From assembly GCF_004365815.1 (NCBI RefSeq), contig NZ_SODD01000023.1, positions 1-32,000 of the forward strand: DNA of 32,000 bases. Direction: 5' to 3'. Each line of letters begins with the position of its first letter. The first letter of the stretch is position 1. Both the position numbers and the translations under genes were made by a program. Of this stretch, positions 16,039-23,151 are shown one piece after another. The DNA is from Breznakia blatticola (GTDB lineage Bacteria; Bacillota_I; Bacilli_A; Erysipelotrichales; Erysipelotrichaceae). The notes under the pieces are model-generated. The model did no database searches, was not told the origin of the DNA, and was given only the letters and a program-made list of their open reading frames with translations.

Positions 16039-17033
16039 AATGATTTCACCTTCGATTTAATCACCACATAAATAAAGACTGGTGCTCCAATAAGTGCTGT
16101 AAGTATACCTACTTCAACTTCTGCTGGTTGAGCAATAAGTCGACCTAAAGTATCTGCAACACATAATAAAGCGGCTCCTGTAACTATCGATAAAGGGATT
16201 AGCACCTTTATATTGTTTTTAAACAATAATCGTAGTACATGCGGAACCATTAACCCAACAAAAGCAATGGGTCCTGCTAATGCTGTAATTGATCCAGCAA
16301 GTATAACTGAGGATAGTACAGTTAAAAACCGTATCTTTTTGACTTTTACACCAAGTCCAGTAGCCATTTCATCACCTAGTGCAAGTGCATTTAATGATGG
16401 AGCAACGTATACTGCCAAAGCAAAACCAAGTAATAAAAACGGTAATAGCATCAAAATGTTATCCCAACTCACTCCAACGACACTTCCAACTTGCCAGTGA
16501 CGAAAATTTGTTAAGGATTGTGCCTGTGGGAGTACCAACATATTAATTAATGAAGCAATTGCTCCATTACTAACCGCACCAGCGAGTGCAAGTTTCATAG
16601 GTGTTGCACCTTCTCTTCCTACTGAGGCAATCGTGTAAACAAATGCTGTAGTAATAGCTGCTCCAATAATTGCAAAGATAATAAACTGCTGTGCACTTGA
16701 AATATGAAAAAACGTAATTCCTGCAACGACAGCTAGTGCTGCTCCACTGTTGACTCCAAGTATACTTGGATCAGCAACTGGATTACGTGTGAGTGATTGC
16801 ATCAATAAACCAGATACTGCTAGTGCTGCTCCAGCAAGCAAAGCAAAGATCGTTCTTATCATTCGTTGTTGAATAATCGCACCATTGAAACTATCCGTTG
16901 AAGCGTTAAGGACATGATGAAGAACATCCCGTATTGGAATGTTCTTTGAACCTAGTGCCAGTGATAACATCACACTAATACATAGTGCTATAAGTATCAC
17001 AATTGTATAAACATATACGCTTCTTTTTTTCAT
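16035..17033 (-). CDS. FecCD-family iron/siderophore ABC permease
   Basis: 332 aa and polytopic, with a FecCD-type C-terminus (EVEVGILTALIGAPVFIYVVI). Confidence 0.85.
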   Translation of the reverse strand: MKKRSVYVYTIVILIALCISVMLSLALGSKNIPIRDVLHHVLNASTDSFNGAIIQQRMIRTIFALLAGAALAVSGLLMQSLTRNPVADPSILGVNSGAALAVVAGITFFHISSAQQFIIFAIIGAAITTAFVYTIASVGREGATPMKLALAGAVSNGAIASLINMLVLPQAQSLTNFRHWQVGSVVGVSWDNILMLLPFLLLGFALAVYVAPSLNALALGDEMATGLGVKVKKIRFLTVLSSVILAGSITALAGPIAFVGLMVPHVLRLLFKNNIKVLIPLSIVTGAALLCVADTLGRLIAQPAEVEVGILTALIGAPVFIYVVIKSKVKSL

Positions 17034-17036
17034 TTC

Positions 17037-18047
17037 TTACTTCACTTTCGCTGCGGCTTTTCCAAGTAGTTTTACATAATCTTTCATCGCATATGGAATC
17101 GATAAAGCAGTAGGTGTAGTATTTGCTGTTGCAAAATCTGTTGTATCATCAAGTACAACTACTGCACCATTAGCAATTGCAGGTATTTTTGATAATAGTG
17201 TATCTTTTTGCAAGACATCTAAGATATCTTTATCACCATAAATAACTAGAATATCTGCATCATTTAAAATTTCTGCTTGTTCTGCACTTACTGTTGCATA
17301 GAATACATCACTATCATCAGTAATACTTTTAACTGCTTTTGGTAATGATAAACCAAAATCTTGTAAGTAACTTGCTCTTGTTTCACCTGTTCCATAAACG
17401 AAGAAACTTGATGTATCTTCTGGATTAAACCAAGTAAATACAGCACTTTTTCCTTCGAATTCCGGATACTTTTCAACTTCACTTGCCATTTGTTTTTCTA
17501 AATCATTTACAAGTGCTTTTCCTTCTTTTTCTAGACCTAACCCTTTTGCATCTTGTAGAATTTGACTTTGCCATGTAATCATCCATGGTGTTTTCTCATA
17601 TGCAATCGTTGGGGCAATTTGACTCAATAGTTCATAATCTTCTTTCGAAAAACCTGCATATGCTGCTAGAATTACATCCGGTTTTGCATCTGCAATGGCT
17701 TCAAAATCAAGTCCATCTCCATCATTGAATATAATTGGTTCTACTCCCAATGTATCATAAGCTTCTTGTGTCCAAGGACGCATTTTTTGATCATCATGCA
17801 GTCCATAAGCTGGTGCTGACATCGCTACAGGAGCTACACCTAATGCCAAAGCAACATCTTGGTTCTCCCATTGAATACTTACGACACGCTCAGGTTTCTT
17901 TTCAATTGTAGTTTCACCAAATGCATGTTTGATAACTACAGGCCATGAACCATCACTACTTCCTGTTTCTTTATCACTACTACTTGTATTTGTACAACCT
18001 GCAACAACAAATAACATTGCTATAACTGTAATTAGTATTTTTTTCAT
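17037..18047 (-). CDS. Iron/siderophore ABC substrate-binding lipoprotein (class III periplasmic binding protein)
   Basis: It has a signal peptide with lipobox MKKILITVIAMLFVVAGC and heads the FecCD/FecE-type operon. I prefer the ATG at 18047 (SD AAAGG) over the upstream GTG at 18068. Confidence 0.8.
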   Translation of the reverse strand: MKKILITVIAMLFVVAGCTNTSSSDKETGSSDGSWPVVIKHAFGETTIEKKPERVVSIQWENQDVALALGVAPVAMSAPAYGLHDDQKMRPWTQEAYDTLGVEPIIFNDGDGLDFEAIADAKPDVILAAYAGFSKEDYELLSQIAPTIAYEKTPWMITWQSQILQDAKGLGLEKEGKALVNDLEKQMASEVEKYPEFEGKSAVFTWFNPEDTSSFFVYGTGETRASYLQDFGLSLPKAVKSITDDSDVFYATVSAEQAEILNDADILVIYGDKDILDVLQKDTLLSKIPAIANGAVVVLDDTTDFATANTTPTALSIPYAMKDYVKLLGKAAAKVK

Positions 18048-18069
18048 TCTCCATACCTTTCCTTCCACC

Positions 18070-18129
18070 GATAATTGTTAGTCTTGTCTAACCTCTATCA
18101 AATGTATCATTTACCTTCTAAACAGTCAA
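18070..18129 (-). promoter_or_regulatory. Promoter of the iron ABC operon with an operator-like imperfect palindrome at the transcription start
   Basis: Minus strand: TTGACT (18129-18124), a 17-nt spacer and TACATT (18106-18101). This is followed by GATAGAGGTTAGACAAGACTAACAATTATC (18099-18070), which has inverted GTTAG/CTAAC and GATA/TATC. Confidence 0.45.
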
Positions 18130-18270
18130 GTGAAATGTTTACTTGGCATGTACTGTAAAAAATAAAGAAAATATCTCTCATTTTTTGTGCAACATTTTCA
18201 TTCATTGGATTGTAAAATTGACGGGATCAACAATAAACCCATCATATCTTACTATTAATATTTACTATTC

Positions 18271-18292
18271 TATTAGTTTAAATAAACTAATA
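18271..18292. repeat. Perfect 22-bp palindrome TATTAGTTTAAATAAACTAATA
   Basis: Read directly from the sequence. It lies in the roughly 360-bp non-coding gap between purC and the iron operon. Confidence 0.85.
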
Positions 18293-18388
18293 TGAAAAAT
18301 CATACCTTGTTTCCTGATTGTATATGCTTTTTCCCTATTTCGAACGCAATTCGACAATGTCGAAAACATATGTATCATGGATAGAAAT

Positions 18389-18418
18389 TAAAAAAACACT
18401 ACCCATATGAGTAATGTT
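18389..18418 (-). terminator. Rho-independent terminator after purC
   Basis: Minus strand reads AACATTAC-tcatatgg-GTAGTGTT followed by T6-7. Confidence 0.6.
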
Positions 18419-18427
18419 TTCGTACAA

Positions 18428-19114
18428 CTATTTTTCGATTTTTTCTAGTAACATGTTTGCACATTCAATTTGGTTTGGAATATTTCCATTTTCATCTTTA
18501 ATGCGCCAAATGTCTGGAGTGATTTCATCAGCCACAACGACTTTTCCATTTTCGTCATATCCAAGTTCAATCTTGAAATCGATTAATGTATATCCCATAC
18601 TTGCAACTTCTGCACGTAGAACTTCTCCTACTTTTACAAGTACAGCTAATGCTTCATCGTATTGTCCAGGTTGTAAGAACCCTTTCATTAAACATAAACG
18701 TTCGCTAATTAGTGGATCACCTTGTTCGTCATCTTTTAGAGTTACTTCTAAGTAAGGTGGTTCAAAAGGAATTCCTTCTTCTAATGTAAAACGACGACAC
18801 ATACTTCCAGCTGTATAGTAACGAAGTACAAATTCTAATGGTGGCACAGTAACTTTACGCACTTCCATCAATCCTGCATCAATATCAGAACCAATGTAGT
18901 GTGTTGGAATTCCGTGTTTTTCCATTAATTCAAAGAAATAACTAGTGATTTTTAATCCTGTTTTTCCTTTACCTTCAACACTTCCACCGACTGTGTTACT
19001 TCCTGGATCAAATACTCCATTTTCACCAGTTGCACTATCCTTAAAGAATAGAAATACACGTCCAGCATCATCAGTTAATACATCTTTTGTTTTTCCCGAA
19101 TACAATGTTTTCAT
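18428..19114 (-). CDS. purC: Phosphoribosylaminoimidazole-succinocarboxamide (SAICAR) synthase
   Basis: 228 aa. It reads collinearly with B. subtilis PurC from memory: LYSGKTKDV, FKDSATGENG, PLEFVLRYYTAGSM, KDDEQGDPLIS, LIDFKIELG and ADEITPD. Confidence 0.9.
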   Translation of the reverse strand: MKTLYSGKTKDVLTDDAGRVFLFFKDSATGENGVFDPGSNTVGGSVEGKGKTGLKITSYFFELMEKHGIPTHYIGSDIDAGLMEVRKVTVPPLEFVLRYYTAGSMCRRFTLEEGIPFEPPYLEVTLKDDEQGDPLISERLCLMKGFLQPGQYDEALAVLVKVGEVLRAEVASMGYTLIDFKIELGYDENGKVVVADEITPDIWRIKDENGNIPNQIECANMLLEKIEK

Positions 19115-19213
19115 TTAATTTCTCCTCATCTTATCACTCGAATTCACAACTAAATCGTTATGTTTTCTATAAGAAATTATAACATTAACCGCTTTTATGG
19201 AAAAGAAAATAAT

Positions 19214-19657
19214 CTATAAGTTTTGTAACGGTATTTTATCTTGTTGTATCCGAGCTTTTAAATCAAGAACTTTTTGCTCAATTTGTTTTGCAGTTGCTGC
19301 AAATTCAGACATTGCTTTGCCACTAGGATCATCAAGTCCCCAGTCTTCTGTATACACACCAGGAATATTTGGACATTCTACATTACATCCCATTGTAATG
19401 ATGATATCAACTGTTGGAATATCTTGTAACAGTTTTGGATGTTGTGTAGATTCCATATCGATTGTATATAGTTCTTTTATAATTTGAACGGCATCGGGGT
19501 TGATGTTAGCTTTTACCATCGTTCCTGCACTATATACTTCCATTACATCACTTGCAAGTTTTCTAGCAAGCGCTTCTGCCATTTGTGAGCGGCAAGAATT
19601 ATGGACACATAAAAAAGCTACACGTTTTCTTTGGTGTTTCATATTGTACTTATGCAT
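19214..19657 (-). CDS. arsC: Arsenate reductase (thioredoxin-coupled ArsC) / low-molecular-weight phosphotyrosine phosphatase family
   Basis: It has the CX5R(S) P-loop VAFLCVHNSCRSQMAEA, a distal Cys pair (TMGCNVECP) and DWGLDDP. The start is ambiguous (19657 or 19642). Confidence 0.7.
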   Translation of the reverse strand: MHKYNMKHQRKRVAFLCVHNSCRSQMAEALARKLASDVMEVYSAGTMVKANINPDAVQIIKELYTIDMESTQHPKLLQDIPTVDIIITMGCNVECPNIPGVYTEDWGLDDPSGKAMSEFAATAKQIEQKVLDLKARIQQDKIPLQNL

Positions 19658-19763
19658 CTTTTTTACCTAAAGATGATCTGTATTCAATTAATTTCATAGC
19701 TAGTCCTCGCTCTTTCTGTTACATTGTACTTGGTTTTCTATGGATTGAAAAGTAATTATAATC

Positions 19764-19789
19764 AAAAAAACATGAACCGCGTGGTTCAT
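19764..19789 (-). terminator. Rho-independent terminator after the zinc-ribbon/PH-domain gene
   Basis: Minus strand reads ATGAACC-acgc-GGTTCAT followed by GT7. The plus-strand side also ends in a T-run, so it may work in both directions. Confidence 0.7.
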
Positions 19790-19799
19790 ATCTTTTTGA

Positions 19800-20294
19800 T
19801 TAGATTCTTTCGTGGTACTGAACATTTACAGAATCACGAATATCCAAAACTGCACGACGTATAATGTCTTTAACAGTAAATGCATCTAGAATATTACTTA
19901 GCACAAGTGTACCTTCTGTAATATCTGTTGTATAAATCGTGATATCCCCTACTTTTGCAAGACGATCCGTAATGGATTGTTTGACTTGAATGTCTTTCAC
20001 ATGACGAAGTTCAACTTCAACTTGTTTCTTTCCAATCAATCCATCAGTTACAATGATTCTTTCGTTTGTTACTTTATAACGTGTATCATTAAAAATCATT
20101 TTTGCTTTATCACCTAGTCCTTCAGGCTTTCCTTCCCATAAGACAACCTCTTTATCTGGTTTTTGATTCGTTGGTGATTCATGTACTTGGTTTGTTGTTG
20201 GTTTTCCATCAATTTGAATATTTGATAGATCTGTACCACATTTTGCACAAAAATTTGCATCTTGCGCATCAAATCCACATTTCGGACAGAACAT
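19800..20294 (-). CDS. Zinc-ribbon plus bacterial PH (bPH/YdbT-like) domain protein
   Basis: 164 aa. The N-terminus has CPKCG...CAKCG. The C-terminal roughly 110 aa match the bPH pattern (VLWEGKP...YKVTNERIIV...DIQVKQS..DR..VGDI). SD is GGAGG. No TM segment is present. Confidence 0.65.
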   Translation of the reverse strand: MFCPKCGFDAQDANFCAKCGTDLSNIQIDGKPTTNQVHESPTNQKPDKEVVLWEGKPEGLGDKAKMIFNDTRYKVTNERIIVTDGLIGKKQVEVELRHVKDIQVKQSITDRLAKVGDITIYTTDITEGTLVLSNILDAFTVKDIIRRAVLDIRDSVNVQYHERI

Positions 20295-20347
20295 TAGAAT
20301 CCTCCTTTTTGTTTATTATACTATATGCAACAATTTATTTCGATTGT

Positions 20348-22012
20348 TTATTCTAATACTAATTCATCATGTATCTCAATATCTTCTTTGATCTCACGTA
20401 ATTTTGCATTCAGTATTTTACGTCCTGGATACATTTCTAAATATGCAACGATAAGTTGATATACTTTTTGTGTACCTCCAGGGATTTTTCTTAGCATTTC
20501 AAGTGCATGTATAATAGGATTATGTATTTTTGCAGGTGGTGTTGAAAGTTCTATAAATCGCTCTTCATAATAAGTTATCAAATCATTTGTACAATATGGA
20601 ACTAAGATTTCAACATATTGATCCATTTGGTCTATCTTTTTCGCATATGCAAAAAGTAAATCATGATATCCTTCTTGTTTATAAACTCTTGCGATACCAT
20701 CAAAATCTAGTTTCTCTATAAACTTGCGTTTGTTGGTTTTCCACCATAGTGGACTCACTTGTTTGAGAAACACGTGATACATTGTATAATCTCCAATATT
20801 ATAATCAACTAACCAACACCGTAAGAGTTCATAGTAATCATGCTCTTTTCGATTATCCAAATAGATTGACTTTATTAAATCATTATATTTCACTGCCATA
20901 CTCATAAATTGAGGTTTCGATTTATTTTTGTCAATAAATGCAAATACATCTGTTTTCTTATCAGACTGAAGAATTTGTTCCAATTGATATACTAAAACAC
21001 ATTCAAAATCACTATACAATTCAAATATATCATTGTTTTTTGTGCCATTTGGTTTTCTTTTAATGATTTGATTTAATGCAATCAACCATGGTATTCCATT
21101 ATCTTGGTAATGTTGACTCATTCCTTGTTTTAAATATACATCAACAGCATTGCGAATTACGCTTTCGCGCTCTTCCAATAGAATATTATCAAATGCATCT
21201 AAAATCAGTGAAATACGATATGTATCATCTAAAAATATATGATTACTGCCTTCAATATTTCCTAAAGATTTCAAGATGACTTTTTTCTCAATATCATTCG
21301 CTTCTTTGATAACCACATATATCAACTCACATATTTTAGCTTGAATCGTTTTTTTATAATTATTGGAGTCTATCGTATCTAATATGCATATCGCTCTAAG
21401 TCCTTCCCATAATATCTCATATGTTTTTAGGATATCTTTAGATTTTAATGTCTGCAATACACTTGCTTCTATCTCTTCATATGCTAAATCGATTACCACT
21501 TCACTGTCTTGATCATCAATATAGTCATCATAGTAATCCGTGTAGCCATCACTGATATCTTCTATTCGATTTAATAGTTCTTGAAAATCTGTTGTTGGTT
21601 CAAAATCGTATGTCTGATTATCAAATGCAAGTTTTTTTAATTGATACGCATCAAATGTTTGAAAACTAAAACTCTTTAATCTATCAAGATAGTCATGTTC
21701 TTTCTTCTTGCTAGCTCTAATGTATAATTGATTCTCTAAAATGTCCTCTTTCTCACAAACTTCCAATATAACAGCTACTAAATGTTTACAGTTATTCCCA
21801 CTTTGGAAGTGAGGACAACTACATTTCATTTGCACAATCTCATTATTGGAAACTTCAATCATCGTATTATACACTTTTGTACCATATACACGTGCATGAT
21901 ACAGCGTATCTTGTTTTTCTATTGCATCAACATAGCCATTATTAAAATATGCTCTTCCGCGTTTACAAACAAAATAATCAAACGCATCTTTCCACATAAC
22001 GAATTGTTCCAT
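20348..22012 (-). CDS. SWIM zinc-finger family protein, function unknown
   Basis: 554 aa with a CxCx8CxH signature (CSCPHFQSGNNCKH, residues 64-77). The rest looks helical and I recognised no catalytic motif. Its start lies 1 nt after the upstream stop. Confidence 0.75.
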   Translation of the reverse strand: MEQFVMWKDAFDYFVCKRGRAYFNNGYVDAIEKQDTLYHARVYGTKVYNTMIEVSNNEIVQMKCSCPHFQSGNNCKHLVAVILEVCEKEDILENQLYIRASKKKEHDYLDRLKSFSFQTFDAYQLKKLAFDNQTYDFEPTTDFQELLNRIEDISDGYTDYYDDYIDDQDSEVVIDLAYEEIEASVLQTLKSKDILKTYEILWEGLRAICILDTIDSNNYKKTIQAKICELIYVVIKEANDIEKKVILKSLGNIEGSNHIFLDDTYRISLILDAFDNILLEERESVIRNAVDVYLKQGMSQHYQDNGIPWLIALNQIIKRKPNGTKNNDIFELYSDFECVLVYQLEQILQSDKKTDVFAFIDKNKSKPQFMSMAVKYNDLIKSIYLDNRKEHDYYELLRCWLVDYNIGDYTMYHVFLKQVSPLWWKTNKRKFIEKLDFDGIARVYKQEGYHDLLFAYAKKIDQMDQYVEILVPYCTNDLITYYEERFIELSTPPAKIHNPIIHALEMLRKIPGGTQKVYQLIVAYLEMYPGRKILNAKLREIKEDIEIHDELVLE

Positions 22013-22013
22013 A

Positions 22014-22769
22014 CTACCAGATTAGCTCCTCAGATGGATATTCTATCGAACTATCAGTTAAGTCATATATATTACAATCGTATTTTTTAGCTGTTTTTGT
22101 ATATGATATGTACATTTCATAATAGGCATCTGGAAATTTGATGAAACGGTTTGCGATTGTTCTAACTTTCATTGGACGTTTTTCAACTTTCGTTTTTTCG
22201 AATTCAATGTTACATTTGTCTACATATAAAGCTAAATAATCCTTGTAGGAAACAGCACTTCTTTCGTATGAACGTATAAGTTTACTAGTAGCCTCAAAGC
22301 CAATTACTTCTTCAACAGCCTCCAATATCTTAGCACTTAAGTAATTAATAAGACCTTTATCACGTAGATACATTGGATATGAATATATCCTTGCATATTT
22401 ATCTTCTAGTTCTTTCGTTGTAACTAATACTTTTGCATATTTAGCGAGTTTTGGTGCTGCAAATGCGTAAAAAATTGCTTGAGGAAACATGATATTAAAA
22501 CTATATATTATCGTTGTCTCATTGTAGATTTCCATATTTTCTCCAAAAACTTCTTCACTTACTTTGTTGATTTCGCGATCTCCTTGATATGCGTGACGCA
22601 TATCATAACACATTGCAAGTACTTGAAGTGATATACCATAATTTGGATCACTACTATCATCGTCAAATTTCGTTATATTATGCATTGCATCTACAAGTTC
22701 TGAAAAGTCACGATAGTTACCAGAAATTGTTACTCCTAAGAGATTTTTTGTTGGTTTTACTGTAATCAT
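22014..22769 (-). CDS. Hypothetical protein (251 aa), SWIM-operon member
   Basis: An open frame with SD GGAG 6 nt before ATG 22769 (MITVKPTK). It is separated by 1 nt from the upstream stop. I recognised no motif. Confidence 0.6.
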   Translation of the reverse strand: MITVKPTKNLLGVTISGNYRDFSELVDAMHNITKFDDDSSDPNYGISLQVLAMCYDMRHAYQGDREINKVSEEVFGENMEIYNETTIIYSFNIMFPQAIFYAFAAPKLAKYAKVLVTTKELEDKYARIYSYPMYLRDKGLINYLSAKILEAVEEVIGFEATSKLIRSYERSAVSYKDYLALYVDKCNIEFEKTKVEKRPMKVRTIANRFIKFPDAYYEMYISYTKTAKKYDCNIYDLTDSSIEYPSEELIW

Positions 22770-22770
22770 T

Positions 22771-23046
22771 TTATTCTCCATTCTTCCAATCAGCGATATT
22801 ATATTCGTTCAGTAATTCTTGTGCTCTTTGTATTCCTTCATCACTAAAAGAAATATATTTAGATTTACTTGGATGTTTTCCTTGGTAGATGAGTTCATCA
22901 TTTGCAAGCTTATTTATTGCACTAAATGAATAACCCTTCAACGATCGTATATCATCAGGATATCCTGGAATTAATGTCTCATTATATCTTGTTAAGTACA
23001 TAAGTATAAGTGTCAACTCTTCTACTGCTTGATTTGGATTTCTCAT
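22771..23046 (-). CDS. Small hypothetical protein (91 aa), possibly a winged-helix-like fold
   Basis: SD GGAGG lies 7 nt before ATG 23046 (MRNPNQ). The ORF-track ATG at 23064 has no SD and sits about 6 nt from the predicted transcription start. The pattern LTLILMYLT...KGYSF...SKSKYISFSDEGIQRAQELL recalls DUF-only small Firmicute proteins from memory; I have not verified this. Confidence 0.55.
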   Translation of the reverse strand: MRNPNQAVEELTLILMYLTRYNETLIPGYPDDIRSLKGYSFSAINKLANDELIYQGKHPSKSKYISFSDEGIQRAQELLNEYNIADWKNGE

Positions 23047-23076
23047 ATTAGGCCTCCCTGACATTTTTATACTTTC

Positions 23077-23085
23077 ATCATACCA
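23077..23085 (-). promoter_or_regulatory. Extended -10 promoter element (TGgTATGAT) of the SWIM operon
   Basis: Read on the minus strand, immediately downstream of the terminator at 23100-23135. Confidence 0.4.
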
Positions 23086-23099
23086 TACGTAAATATTCG

Positions 23100-23135
23100 A
23101 AAAAACAAAAAGCGATACATCCTATGACATATCGC
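23100..23135 (-). terminator. Rho-independent terminator after the fused ABC gene
   Basis: Minus strand reads GCGATATGTC-atag-GATGTATCGC (10 bp including 2 G-U pairs) followed by TTTTTGTTTTTT. Confidence 0.7.
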
Positions 23136-23151
23136 AATTATTCATTATATT

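Noticed and set aside
18070-18088. A canonical Fur box call at the iron operon leader.
   Set aside because: Only about 9 of 14 positions match the 7-1-7 Fur consensus. I kept it as an unassigned operator-like palindrome rather than calling it a Fur box.
19115-19213. Looked for a purine or ZTP riboswitch, or a PurR box, in the purC leader.
   Set aside because: The 99-nt gap has a TATAAT-like -10. It has none of the conserved purine-riboswitch (TATGG...CCGTAA-type) or GC-rich ZTP cores, and no AWWWCCGAACWWT PurBox that I could see.
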